Assembly: GCA_965262455.1 (NCBI GenBank)
Contig: CBDHFH010000003.1
Location: forward strand, 94,360-158,359
Direction of reading: 5' to 3'
DNA: 64,000 nt
DNA from: Gammaproteobacteria bacterium
GTDB taxonomy: Bacteria > Pseudomonadota > Gammaproteobacteria > UBA4575
Of this stretch, positions 1 through 10,181 are shown piece by piece. The position numbers and the translations under genes were made by a program. How positions within the stretch are numbered: position 1 is the stretch's first letter; each line of letters opens with the position of its first letter. The notes beneath the pieces were generated by a model that had not been told where the DNA came from, searched no databases, and saw only the letters and a list, made by a program, of their open reading frames with translations.

Positions 1-578
1 TGCGCATCCAGTTTGCTTAATTCTTTTTCGTTAATCCGTCCCACGTAACCTAATGCATGAGCAAAAGTATTTTTTTGCGGATAGTAGCGCGTTGAATGCG
101 CGGTAATTTCCACACCTGGGAAACGATGTTGATTCACTGCAAACTTGGCAACTTCCTGTTCGGTAAGTTTTAACTTCAGCGGTGATTGTTGAAAAGACTG
201 TTGACGTTTGACCGTTTTGTAAAATCGCTCTAGCTCATGATCTTGAATTGAAATGAATTCACTAAGATCATCAATCAACTCAGCCATGTTACTGACTTGT
301 AATGGCGTAATCATAAGCTGATAGTTGGGCGTATTATCCGCAAGTATTTCACCATTACGATCAAGAATCAGCCCGCGTGTTGGTGCAATGGGTAACACAC
401 GCACACGATTATCATCTGACAATGTTTGATAATGTGAAAAGTTAGTAATTTGTAAATCGTATAGCCGTACTATCAGCAGGATAAATGTCCCTGCCACCAA
501 AATGGCAGACAAAATTGCACGTTCCTTGAAAATCAGGGTTTCTAATCTGAGATTTTTAAGGGTTATTCGGCGCGCCAT
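1..578 (-). CDS. mrdA: Penicillin-binding protein 2 (peptidoglycan D,D-transpeptidase), N-terminal part; gene continues past window start
   Basis: Minus-strand translation from ATG at 578 reads MARRITLKNLRLETLIFKERAILSAILVAG...YDLQITNFSHYQTLSDDNRVRVLPIAPTRGLILDRNGEILA...FAVNQHRFPGVEI, collinear with E. coli PBP2 N-terminus. Not in ORF track because it is truncated by the window edge. Confidence 0.8.
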   Translation of the reverse strand, partial: MARRITLKNLRLETLIFKERAILSAILVAGTFILLIVRLYDLQITNFSHYQTLSDDNRVRVLPIAPTRGLILDRNGEILADNTPNYQLMITPLQVSNMAELIDDLSEFISIQDHELERFYKTVKRQQSFQQSPLKLKLTEQEVAKFAVNQHRFPGVEITAHSTRYYPQKNTFAHALGYVGRINEKELSKLDA

Positions 579-750
579 AATGAAGCCATTTTAACAAGCG
601 ATTAATAAATTCAGTTGATTATTAGCTGTGACAGCACAATTGATTATATAATAAACGTTGAGAGCGTAATAAAAATAATAATATGTTGTTTGATCTAATG
701 AGACATGCCGTGACTAGATTCGACAACCATTAACGGGAGTAATACTAACC

Positions 751-2757
751 ATGTCTATCGATCATATTCCAGTTGCACTGGGAATCTTTGGGTTGTTCGC
801 CGCTTTTGTTATTTATCAAATAGTGCTGCGTCATTCACCTGGTGAAGGAAAAGTCCGAGAAATTGCCGACGAGATTCATACCGGCGCGATGACCTTCATG
901 CGTCGCGAATATTCCATACTATTTGCATTTGCTGCGCTGGTGACCATCGCCATTTTCTTTTCCGATCTGGGCCTACCAACTGCTATTGCATTTGTTGTTG
1001 GCGCCTTATGTTCTGCCGGCGCCGGTTATATTGGTATGTATACCGCCACACATGCCAATGTCAGGACTACAGTAGCAGCCAATCAGCATGGATTAGATCG
1101 CGCACTCGATGTGGCATTTTTTGGTGGTTCCATCATGGGCCTAACGGTTGCCGCGATGGGTCTGCTCGGTCTCGGTGGCTTATACTTATTATATGGGTCC
1201 AACCCAGAGAGTGCGCACATTATCCATGGCTTTGGCATGGGTGCATCCACTGTCGCCCTGTTCTCGCGTGTCGGCGGAGGAATATTCACCAAAAGTGCTG
1301 ACGTGGGTGCAGATTTAGTTGGCAAGGTGGAAGCGGGAATCCCGGAGGATGATCCACGTAATCCTGGAGTCATTGCTGACAATGTCGGTGACAATGTCGG
1401 TGACGTTGCAGGCATGGGCTCGGATATTTTCGAATCATATTGTGGCTCCATTATTGCCACAATTGCCATAGCTTCGACTCTAGGCGCAACGTTATTAGCC
1501 GAACTTGGTCCTCAAGACGCGTTAATGTTTCTTCCACTCGGATTAGCTTCTGCTGGCCTGCTATGTTCTTTAGCTGGAATTATTCTTGTTAAAGTTCAAA
1601 CCAATATGGCGCCTGCAAGTGCGCTCCGTTTGGGTACCTTTTCTGCGGCATTGTTGTTTATTGTTGTCTCCTATTTTTGTATTCAGTATTTGGGCATCTC
1701 AACCGGTGTTTGGGCGGCCGTGTTATCCGGTGCTGTCGGCGGCATTATCATTGGCCTGGTGACTGAATATTACACAGGTGGCAGTCCGGTAAGAAAAATT
1801 GCTTCTGGCGGCGAGACAGGGCCAGCAACCGTAATGATCACTGGCCTCGCAACGGGTATGCAATCAGTATTAATTCCGGTACTGAGTATTGCGGCGATTA
1901 TCTTTTTTGCTAATCAATGGGCCAGTTTATACGGGGTAGGCATCGCCGCAGTGGGCATGCTTGCTACGGTGGGCATTACCATGGCCATCGATGCCTATGG
2001 ACCGGTCGCGGATAATGCCGGTGGCATTGCAGAAATGTCTGAGATGGGTGAAACAACTCGCGAAATCACCGATAGCTTAGATGAAGTGGGAAATACTACT
2101 GCAGCCATTGGCAAAGGCTTCGCCATCGGCGCAGCAGCATTGGCTGCATTGGCAATTATCACCGCCTTCATAAGTGAAATCAGTAGTCATGGCAGTGGTG
2201 CGGTAAATCTTGATTTAAGTAATCCAATGGTATTGATTGGTTTGTTTATTGGTGGTGTGTTTCCGTTCCTGGTCGCTTCATTGACGATGACCGCGGTGGG
2301 TGATGCAGCATTCGATATGATTAAAGAGATTCGACGACAATTTAAAGAAATTCCGGGATTACTTGAAGGCACAGCTAAACCTGACACAGTCCGTTGTGTC
2401 GATATCGCAACCACAGCGGCATTAAAAAAGATGGTCTTACCTGGGTTTCTTGCGGTAGTTGCACCGGTCGTTGTCGGGTTTGGCCTGGGACCACAAACCC
2501 TTGGTGGTATGCTTGGCGGTGCACTATTGGGCTGCGTTCTACTTGCACTCATGATGGCGAATGCCGGTGGCGCCTGGGATAACGCAAAGAAATATGTCGA
2601 GAAAGGTAACCTGGGGGGCAAAGGTTCTGATGTACATAAAGCCGTGGTAGTTGGCGACACTGTCGGCGACCCTTTTAAAGATACCTCGGGCCCATCCATG
2701 AATATTTTAATTAATGTGATGGCAATCGTGAGTTTAGTGATTGCGCCATTACTATAA
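751..2757 (+). CDS. hppA: K+-stimulated H+-translocating inorganic pyrophosphatase (membrane-bound V-type PPase)
   Basis: 668 aa polytopic membrane protein with hallmark H+-PPase motifs ([44 protein letters not shown]). Confidence 0.9.
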   Translation: MSIDHIPVALGIFGLFAAFVIYQIVLRHSPGEGKVREIADEIHTGAMTFMRREYSILFAFAALVTIAIFFSDLGLPTAIAFVVGALCSAGAGYIGMYTATHANVRTTVAANQHGLDRALDVAFFGGSIMGLTVAAMGLLGLGGLYLLYGSNPESAHIIHGFGMGASTVALFSRVGGGIFTKSADVGADLVGKVEAGIPEDDPRNPGVIADNVGDNVGDVAGMGSDIFESYCGSIIATIAIASTLGATLLAELGPQDALMFLPLGLASAGLLCSLAGIILVKVQTNMAPASALRLGTFSAALLFIVVSYFCIQYLGISTGVWAAVLSGAVGGIIIGLVTEYYTGGSPVRKIASGGETGPATVMITGLATGMQSVLIPVLSIAAIIFFANQWASLYGVGIAAVGMLATVGITMAIDAYGPVADNAGGIAEMSEMGETTREITDSLDEVGNTTAAIGKGFAIGAAALAALAIITAFISEISSHGSGAVNLDLSNPMVLIGLFIGGVFPFLVASLTMTAVGDAAFDMIKEIRRQFKEIPGLLEGTAKPDTVRCVDIATTAALKKMVLPGFLAVVAPVVVGFGLGPQTLGGMLGGALLGCVLLALMMANAGGAWDNAKKYVEKGNLGGKGSDVHKAVVVGDTVGDPFKDTSGPSMNILINVMAIVSLVIAPLL

Positions 2758-2773
2758 AAAAACCTTACTGCGT

Positions 2774-2799
2774 GGATGATACGGATTCCCGTATCATCC
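2774..2799. terminator. Perfect 11-bp hairpin (ggatgatacgg-attc-ccgtatcatcc) between convergent hppA and a small secreted-protein gene
   Basis: Inverted repeat read directly; sits in the 53-bp gap between two convergent stops. No strong T-run. Confidence 0.5.
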
Positions 2800-2810
2800 G
2801 CATGCTGTAT

Positions 2811-3263
2811 TCATGGCAAATAGTCGCTCGCCTCTAGAGTCTCAGTTTTCTTTCGTTTAATAATATCTGACTGCATAGCATTGAGCTGTTGGCATTTCTT
2901 TACATGCGGACGCAATGCTGCAATAAATTTTTCAACGTCTTCATTTAACTTTAACTGATTGCGATATTCATCAAGATAAGTTGTAAAAATTTCATTCACA
3001 ACTTGTTCTTGGTAGTTCCCTGCTTTAGCAAATTCTAATGCCACAATTCTTGCATCGAGTGAAGCATGATGAAGTTCATGCTGATAAAACGCTTGTTCAG
3101 ACTCGCTTAATATATTTGCCATAACATTCAATACCGCCTCACACTTAGCATATTTATTTACTTGCGCGTAATAGTCAAACCCTTCCGCAGATGCTGGATT
3201 GACAATTAAACACAGCAACACATAACAAATACATGCGCATATATGCGTTTTAATGATGTTCAT
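2811..3263 (-). CDS. Hypothetical small secreted protein
   Basis: ORF with internal start MNIIKTHICACICYVLLCLIVNPASA (signal peptide). No recognisable domain. Confidence 0.45.
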   Translation of the reverse strand: MNIIKTHICACICYVLLCLIVNPASAEGFDYYAQVNKYAKCEAVLNVMANILSESEQAFYQHELHHASLDARIVALEFAKAGNYQEQVVNEIFTTYLDEYRNQLKLNEDVEKFIAALRPHVKKCQQLNAMQSDIIKRKKTETLEASDYLP

Positions 3264-3516
3264 TTTGCAATAACAATAAAGCATGTGTGATGAAAAATTT
3301 TCATTTGCCTGATTAAGCTTAATGTTATCTCGGGAATATTTCCACTTGTCGGGGATAAGCGGTCAAGTGCGTGCAATACGTTAACTCAAGCACATTTTTA
3401 TGAGCGCGGATCACAATAATAACTTTGTAAGCAAAGCTATTAGCCCTCGCTAAATACCGAACATGATGTGCCGATAGTTTTCGTAGCAGAAGAAGAATAA
3501 CAAGGAGGTCCGCATT

Positions 3517-4128
3517 ATGTTTCGACGATTAATACTATGCAGTATTTTGGCAATCACCAGCGTGCATGCAAATGATTGCGATACCAATCTTACTTGCGGC
3601 AAGTGCGACAGGAAGTCTCAATTTGCCTGGAATCCTGATGACGCTTATGTCACTAGTGAGTTGTCTTACTTTTATCAATTGCCTGAGCTCATAGAAAGTC
3701 ATTATCAACATGGTCATTTTAATAAAGCAGCAAAATACGCAAATGACTATCTTAACCTTGCTACCGCTTACCGATGCAACTGGAATCATGGTAACGCCAT
3801 ACATGATGCAAACCGATATTTAGGCTTAATCAGCCTCAGACAAAATAATATAGAAAAAGCAGCCGCACATTTAATTCGCGCGAGTCAAACACCAGGTTCA
3901 ATGCAGCTTGAAGCTTTTGGCCCTGAACTTGATTTAGCTAACGACTTACTAAAAAGGGGCAAGCGTGATGCAGTCATTACATACCTCGAGAATATGGATA
4001 GTATCTGGGATAATGACCAGCAAATTAATAAATGGATTAGCAAGATAGAAGCAGGTCAAAAACCATTCTTACAGCGTCCTAGCGAAGCACAAATACAACA
4101 GCGATTCGCGGCAAAAAATATTTTCTAA
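3517..4128 (+). CDS. Hypothetical secreted protein
   Basis: 203 aa with N-terminal signal peptide (MFRRLILCSILAITSVHA). RBS aaggagg 7 nt upstream. No recognisable domain. Confidence 0.5.
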   Translation: MFRRLILCSILAITSVHANDCDTNLTCGKCDRKSQFAWNPDDAYVTSELSYFYQLPELIESHYQHGHFNKAAKYANDYLNLATAYRCNWNHGNAIHDANRYLGLISLRQNNIEKAAAHLIRASQTPGSMQLEAFGPELDLANDLLKRGKRDAVITYLENMDSIWDNDQQINKWISKIEAGQKPFLQRPSEAQIQQRFAAKNIF

Positions 4129-4282
4129 TTGCGTTAACCCTATCCATCCATGTCACCGCATGCCTTAGTCATGCAGTGACATGACTCACTTAAAGCACTA
4201 CGTGCGCGATTCGCACATGCGACGTTGAAAACTCTTCTAATGACATTACTCTCTTGGCAAATAACTAACGAGAGAGACTGCC

Positions 4283-4981
4283 ATGACAAATACACTCAAA
4301 TCTATCCTATTTTTTACGTTCCTGTTTGCAAGCTCACATAGCTATAGCGCAAATATCAATCCTGGTGATCTACTTGTTAGCGAAGTGATGAGTAACCCTG
4401 CACAAGTCTCGGACACAGCGGGCGAATGGTTTGAGATTTTCAATGCCTCAGCTAACATCATTGACCTTGACGGAATTACTATTAGCGACAATGGTAGCAA
4501 TGCTCATGAAATAGATAATGGTGGAAGTTTGTTGATAGACCCTGGCACTTATCTTGTCCTGGGTAGAAATGCGGACATGAGTCAAAACGGAGGTTACCTG
4601 GCAGATTATGTTTACAGTAACTTCACTCTTGGTAACAGCCAGGATCAAATTATTCTTAGCAGAGACAATATAGAAATAGCTCGCCTAGACTATTCAGGTG
4701 CAGCATTCGGTGTTGCGGGTGTCAGTTCTGAATTAATAGCACAAACTCTCATGCCAACCATTTCTGACTACATGCTCACTGAAAACTTTATTTATGGCTT
4801 AGGGGACATAGGCACACCGGGTGGCCCGGGATCATTTGCTTTGACAAGTGCAAGCCCTGTGCCTATCCCTGGTGCAATTTGGTTTTTAATGTCTGGTGTG
4901 CTGTTACTTGCGCGATCCACAAAGTTTCGTAACAGCTCAGCCTGCAACAAAATCAATCCAATTAGAGAATATAGTTGCTGA
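4283..4981 (+). CDS. Lamin-tail-domain (LTD) protein with PEP-CTERM-like C-terminal sorting signal
   Basis: Signal peptide; LTD-like segment LLVSEVMSNPAQVSDTAGEWFEIFNASANIIDLDGITISDNG. C-terminus PVPIPGAIWFLMSGVLLLARSTKFR resembles PEP-CTERM (Pro-rich motif, TM helix, basic tail). 45-bp convergent overlap with the next gene. Confidence 0.6.
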   Translation: MTNTLKSILFFTFLFASSHSYSANINPGDLLVSEVMSNPAQVSDTAGEWFEIFNASANIIDLDGITISDNGSNAHEIDNGGSLLIDPGTYLVLGRNADMSQNGGYLADYVYSNFTLGNSQDQIILSRDNIEIARLDYSGAAFGVAGVSSELIAQTLMPTISDYMLTENFIYGLGDIGTPGGPGSFALTSASPVPIPGAIWFLMSGVLLLARSTKFRNSSACNKINPIREYSC

Positions 4982-5941
4982 AGAATTTTTCCAGGGATTT
5001 CCAATATACTGTCTGAGTTCTTGTTCAGGAAAATCTTCAAGCAATGAGCGCTTATCAGCTAGCTGATCCAACTGTGTCTGTTCTAATAGTGTTTTATAAT
5101 CAGAAATAAACTTCATTGCATTCTGGTCGAAATAATTGACAGGCACAGGGGGGTAGCTCTCTAACTCACCGAAAATATAACGCATAATTTCACGCTTATA
5201 TTCTTTTAGCAAACTGATGTCATCGTATTCTGGATGACCTTGAAAATATACGATACTCATATCACGCTCGGCGGCTAATTGTACGCCCACCTGGGAACTG
5301 TTAATCAATGTATCAATATTATGCTTAACTAATAACTCTTCAGGAATATCATTAAATCTCGAATGACACATATCTATTTGTTTCTGCACCCGATCAACCA
5401 ATAGATGTTGCTGGCTTACTACTTGGTGCTTGAACACTCCCCAACACTTCTCTCCCAAATGTTGGCGATCAATGTCATAAAAAACCTTTACTGCCGCATG
5501 AGTTGCCAGACATGAACACAGTGTTGAGCGAATATTATTTTTTGCCCATGTAAGTACTTCAACCAACTGTGGCCAGAATAATTCATTCTGCAACACTGGC
5601 TGCGATACATTTGCGCCAGTAATAATTAGCGCATCGACATCATGTGTTTTTAGCGTTGCAAAATCGACATAGTATTCATCAATATAGGTTTGTGCTTGCG
5701 CTGATCGCTCAACACCTTGGATAGTAAATGGGTAAAAAAAACAATTCACATTGTCGTTCGCACCCACCAAACGCAAAAATTGACGCTCTGTTGCAGAAAT
5801 TGCAGCATCAGGCATCATATTTAAAAAGCCTATCTTTATACTCGCAAGCGATGTATCCAATTCACCTGATGCACAGACGTCCACACCTTCTGTGCGAACA
5901 CGCTCAATACTTGGCAGATTATTATGTTGTACTAAAGGCAA
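4937..5941 (-). CDS. metA: Homoserine O-acyltransferase, MetA/HTS family (divergent, ~25 aa longer than E. coli MetA)
   Basis: Aligns along E. coli MetA: FLRLV, IITGANV, catalytic Cys context STLCSCLATHAA, GHPEYD, C-terminal FSNW. Start is 17 nt downstream of the preceding P-loop gene stop. Confidence 0.7.
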   Translation of the reverse strand: MPLVQHNNLPSIERVRTEGVDVCASGELDTSLASIKIGFLNMMPDAAISATERQFLRLVGANDNVNCFFYPFTIQGVERSAQAQTYIDEYYVDFATLKTHDVDALIITGANVSQPVLQNELFWPQLVEVLTWAKNNIRSTLCSCLATHAAVKVFYDIDRQHLGEKCWGVFKHQVVSQQHLLVDRVQKQIDMCHSRFNDIPEELLVKHNIDTLINSSQVGVQLAAERDMSIVYFQGHPEYDDISLLKEYKREIMRYIFGELESYPPVPVNYFDQNAMKFISDYKTLLEQTQLDQLADKRSLLEDFPEQELRQYIGNPWKNSSATIFSNWIDFVAG

Positions 5942-5957
5942 AATAACATTGCAGTAT

Positions 5958-6806
5958 TTAACTGCGATCGAGTGCTTGGCTGATTAAGTCAATAAAGTCT
6001 TTTTCATCACGAACATTTTGCACATCATGCAAACTGACCGTATAACCATACTTATCTGCGATTGATTCGTATAATGGCTTGCGATGCTCCAGCAATCTAG
6101 GAAACACCCAACTACCAAATTCATCTGGTACAATTTCTTCAGCGGATGATATATTTTTTTCTTCAAGAAACATCTGCAAATGCTCATCAAGAAATGCTTC
6201 CTGAAAGTAAAGCGGTTTTGGATGGGTGACTGCACGCTCACACAGGGTTTGCTCATGCTCATCATCAGCACGAATGTATAGTATTAATGTATGCTCCGAT
6301 AGCACTTCATATACTTGCGGCTCATCTAACTCACACAAACTTCCACCTGCGTCATTGAGGAAGTTAGGATAACCGTAAATATTTTTTGCCTTACTAATAA
6401 ACTCTGGCACATCAAGCATGGCATATATTTCTGCCTGGCGATGTAAGAACTGACGACGCTTAAACTCCTGTAACTCCAAGCCTCCCAACTCTTCATTACC
6501 TACCTTGCCAAGAAAAGTTGATACCGGATCCAAATTATTGACAGTAATGTTACTGCAAATATAAATGGAGTCTGTTCTTAACAAGTCTGCCAAAAAATCA
6601 ATTTTCATTGCTTTGGCTTTAATATTATCGAGTATGGGTTCCTCCAAGTACTTAGTGCCTATTCGATAGTCCCCAGAATAATGAAACCATTGTTTTCTAT
6701 CTAATTTATTCGCCAGCGTAGTTTTACCGACACCCGACATGCCCAACAAAGTAATTGCTTTATTTGGCAGCGATTTTAATTGTTTAGATGAGAGTTTCAT
6801 GGTCAT
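5958..6806 (-). CDS. P-loop NTPase of unknown function (Walker A GMSGVGKTT), kinase-like
   Basis: 282 aa; Walker A LLGMSGVGKTTLANKL near N-terminus. Tightly linked upstream of the metA-like gene (same strand, 16-bp gap). Confidence 0.55.
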   Translation of the reverse strand: MTMKLSSKQLKSLPNKAITLLGMSGVGKTTLANKLDRKQWFHYSGDYRIGTKYLEEPILDNIKAKAMKIDFLADLLRTDSIYICSNITVNNLDPVSTFLGKVGNEELGGLELQEFKRRQFLHRQAEIYAMLDVPEFISKAKNIYGYPNFLNDAGGSLCELDEPQVYEVLSEHTLILYIRADDEHEQTLCERAVTHPKPLYFQEAFLDEHLQMFLEEKNISSAEEIVPDEFGSWVFPRLLEHRKPLYESIADKYGYTVSLHDVQNVRDEKDFIDLISQALDRS

Positions 6807-7026
6807 GCCCAGTGTTGATAGCCCGGCAATAGTATCAGTTTAGTTAAGAATTAAAAGAACTAGTTAACTAGCTCTTTTATGCATTCAAATCATTCAAAAG
6901 CATTTAGTCGCGTCAAGCAGTAGTCTCAGCTTTATTTTTGAAACATTTAATACGCAATAAAAAACTACCGAAAAGCTCAGCATATATGCCTACTCTTAAG
7001 CCTTTTGAGATGTATTCAATAAAATG

Positions 7027-10000
7027 TCAGAGCGCATCAGGGCTTGCTTTATTGAAAATTCGATCATATGTAACCCGTCTAACATCATCCAACACCATAT
7101 AGAAACACGGAACCACAATTAATATAAGCACCGTTGCAAATATCAAACCAAATCCCAGACTCACTGCCATCGGTGACAAAAACGCTGTTTGTCCGCTAGC
7201 AAAAAATATTAGTGGCGAAATGCCCAAGAACGTTGTGATGGTGGTGAGTAATATCGGGCGAATTCTAACTCTGCCTGCATCTACTACCGCTTCAAAACAG
7301 GCAAATCCTTGTGCCCGACGTTTTTTAGCAAAATCGACTAATATCAGTGAGTCATTGACTACAATCCCGGTTAATGCCAGAAAGCCAATCATTGACAAAA
7401 ATTGCAGGTTATAGTCAAAAATCATATGCCCTATCACCACGCCGACAATTGCAAAAGGAATGGCTAGCATTATCACAAATGGATCTAACAGAGACTTGAA
7501 TAATGCAGCTAAAATAAAAAATATTATTGCCAGTGATATTATCAACACGTTAAACATATCATTAAAAGAATCATTTGCTTCTTTTTTTTCGCCTAAAAAT
7601 AACAATTGGTTCTCGCTTGACTCATGCATTAAGTCAGAAAATTCTAGTGCGATTAGATCATTCACTTCCAGCGGTGTTGTGGTCTCTAAATTAACCTCAG
7701 CAGTAACGACCGCCAACCTCTGTGCATCTCGCCGTAATATTGTTCCGAGCCCACGGCCCAACACAATATCTGCCACTTCACCTAAATACACTGTTCTACC
7801 ATCCACAAGCGTGATCGGAAGGTTTTCTAAACTACTGCTGTTTTTTCTCAACGCGTCTGGATAAATAACACGAACTGGATAACGATCTTCCACCCAATTA
7901 ACGTGCGTTACCTCCAAGCCAACAAACCCAGTACGCACGGCATTTGACAGTTCTGCTTGCGTGAGTCCTAAATTGCGTCCCCGCTCATTAAGCGTATATT
8001 GATATTCCAGCTTGCCGGGCTCTAAATCTTGTCTAACGTCTCTCACTCCAGGCACGCGCTTTAGAAAATTATTAATTTTCCCGGAATCTTCAATTAAGCT
8101 ATCAATATCCTCACCCACAACACCCACTTCAATATCTGCACCGGAGGGTCCACCTTGAGGGCGCAAAATTGAAAAACGCTGAATGCCAGTGATAGATTCA
8201 ATTTCGCTTCGTATTTCATCAATTATGTCTTCGGTATTACGCGTGCGTGTACCCTCACTACGGAATTTAAGATTTACAATAGGTGATATATATTTTTCAA
8301 TTAATGAGTTAGGCGCGGGCTTCTCTAAATCAATAATAAACTGGATATAATGGCTGCCTAGTTTGAGTCGATTGAAATCTACCAGTATCACACCTACATT
8401 AGTCAACATACTTTTTAATTCATCTTGCTGAATAACATAAGTAATTTTCTGTTCAATTTGCTTGGCCAGCTTAGTGGAGTCTTCAACGCTATAAGTATTG
8501 GGCGTTTCGACATTAATAAGAAATTGACCTATCTCGACGTTGCCAAATTGATTGTAAGGTAGTCGCGTCTGAGCGTAAGTCAAAATAATTGATAACACTG
8601 CAATAGTCATCACCGAGACGATATATCGATTACTCAGCGCCCAACGCAATATCGATACATATTTCTCCAATGCCGGCTTCCAGAACTTGCTTTCTTTACG
8701 CGGTTTTTTATCAATGCGTAAAAATTCTGCTGAATGAGAAGGAAGGATTAAGAAAGCTTCAATCAATGAACCAACCAGAGCAGCACTCACAACCACCGGG
8801 ATGACTTCTATAAATTTTCCTAACGTACCGCTGACTCCAAACATAGGCATAAAGGCAGCCACGGTAGTGCACGTCGATGCAACCACCGGCCAAAAAACTT
8901 CTTTGCCTCCAATCATGGCGGCTTGCTCGCGGGGCACACCCGCTTCCATGTGGCGGTAAACATTTTCCGTCACGATGATTGCATCATCTACAATCATTCC
9001 CAGCGCAATTAAAAACGCAAACAATGAGATCATGTTTATGGTGTAGCCAAGATAATGAATCAATATTATTGCGACCAAAAATGAAACCGGTATGCCTAAT
9101 GCGGTAATAAACGCGACACGAAAATTCAAGAATATATAAAGAGAAATCAGCACTAACACCAGGCCAACAATGCCCGAAGACATAACGGTTTCTAAGCGAT
9201 TTTTTACATACACAGACAAGTCACTAAATAACCCCGCCCGCATACCAACAGGCAATCTATCTTGTAACTTCGCGGTATAGCCTTTGACTTCATCGGCCAC
9301 ATCAATAGTTGAAGCACGTGCTGTTTTCGTGACGGTTAAGTTGACAGAGGGCTGGCCATTAAATCGTCCGATTGTCTCGGCTTCTTCCAAGCGCAAATCT
9401 ACAGTGGCAATTTCAGAGAGTAGTAACTGCCCACCGCCGCTAGTGCCACGCAACACTAACTCGCCCACTGCCTCTACATTCGGTGCGACACCCATACCAC
9501 GCAGGAGAATGTCGCCTTCAGCAGCTTGCAGTGATCCGCCCGGCAAATCTTGCAAGTTTTGCGTCAGCGTTGTTTGCACTTCATTTAGCGATACCTTGCG
9601 TGCGGCCATTTCATGAGGGTCCACTATCACCCAGAGTTCCCACTCTTGATCCCCGGCAATACCGACACTTGCTACACCGGGTAACCCAAGCAAATCTCTA
9701 CGAACATCTTCAGCTGTTTGATATAAAATCCCCGGCTCAGTATCACCATATAAAGTGACACTTATGACTGGGAAGCGCGTCTTTAAACGGCTAATTTCAG
9801 GGGTTTCTGCTTCAAGGGGGAGATCATCAATTGAATCCACTACTGAGCGCACTTCTCTGAGGAAATCATCAACATCGACATCTGTTTTTAATTTTATTTC
9901 TATTTTTGAAATACCCTCCGAGCTCTCAGAGGTTACTACGTCAACATCTGGCAATGTTTCAATTTCTTCTTCTATGATGATTGTGATTTGTTTTTCAATT

Positions 10001-10173
10001 TCTTCTGGCGGCGCCCCTTCATATTCCGTTACAATACGAACTAAATCCAAATCAACAATAGGAAACATTTCTTGGGGCATACTGCGCCATGAAAGAACAC
10101 CGGCAATAATAATCACCAATAGCAGTAGATTAACTATTAACGAATTACGAATTGAAAACTGAACAATACCCAT
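7027..10173 (-). CDS. RND family multidrug efflux transporter, inner-membrane permease (AcrB/HAE1-like)
   Basis: 1048 aa, 12-TM RND architecture, typical AcrB-like N-terminus MGIVQFSIRNSLIVNLLLLVIIIAG and large periplasmic loops. Confidence 0.9.
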   Translation of the reverse strand: MGIVQFSIRNSLIVNLLLLVIIIAGVLSWRSMPQEMFPIVDLDLVRIVTEYEGAPPEEIEKQITIIIEEEIETLPDVDVVTSESSEGISKIEIKLKTDVDVDDFLREVRSVVDSIDDLPLEAETPEISRLKTRFPVISVTLYGDTEPGILYQTAEDVRRDLLGLPGVASVGIAGDQEWELWVIVDPHEMAARKVSLNEVQTTLTQNLQDLPGGSLQAAEGDILLRGMGVAPNVEAVGELVLRGTSGGGQLLLSEIATVDLRLEEAETIGRFNGQPSVNLTVTKTARASTIDVADEVKGYTAKLQDRLPVGMRAGLFSDLSVYVKNRLETVMSSGIVGLVLVLISLYIFLNFRVAFITALGIPVSFLVAIILIHYLGYTINMISLFAFLIALGMIVDDAIIVTENVYRHMEAGVPREQAAMIGGKEVFWPVVASTCTTVAAFMPMFGVSGTLGKFIEVIPVVVSAALVGSLIEAFLILPSHSAEFLRIDKKPRKESKFWKPALEKYVSILRWALSNRYIVSVMTIAVLSIILTYAQTRLPYNQFGNVEIGQFLINVETPNTYSVEDSTKLAKQIEQKITYVIQQDELKSMLTNVGVILVDFNRLKLGSHYIQFIIDLEKPAPNSLIEKYISPIVNLKFRSEGTRTRNTEDIIDEIRSEIESITGIQRFSILRPQGGPSGADIEVGVVGEDIDSLIEDSGKINNFLKRVPGVRDVRQDLEPGKLEYQYTLNERGRNLGLTQAELSNAVRTGFVGLEVTHVNWVEDRYPVRVIYPDALRKNSSSLENLPITLVDGRTVYLGEVADIVLGRGLGTILRRDAQRLAVVTAEVNLETTTPLEVNDLIALEFSDLMHESSENQLLFLGEKKEANDSFNDMFNVLIISLAIIFFILAALFKSLLDPFVIMLAIPFAIVGVVIGHMIFDYNLQFLSMIGFLALTGIVVNDSLILVDFAKKRRAQGFACFEAVVDAGRVRIRPILLTTITTFLGISPLIFFASGQTAFLSPMAVSLGFGLIFATVLILIVVPCFYMVLDDVRRVTYDRIFNKASPDAL

Positions 10174-10181
10174 ATATTTAA

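Noticed and set aside
1008-2699. Small ORFs on both strands inside hppA (97, 128, 170 and 62 aa)
   Set aside because: They are entirely embedded in a well-supported 668-aa H+-PPase gene; typical out-of-frame or antisense artefacts.
6807-7026. Looked for a SAM riboswitch or Met-box upstream of the P-loop/metA-like operon
   Set aside because: No GC-rich conserved SAM-I/SAM-II core elements are visible; the region is AT-rich and unstructured.
7220-10162. Plus-strand ORFs (64-135 aa) opposite the RND permease gene
   Set aside because: They are antisense to a 1048-aa conserved gene, with Ser/Thr-rich low-complexity translations typical of antisense membrane-protein genes.
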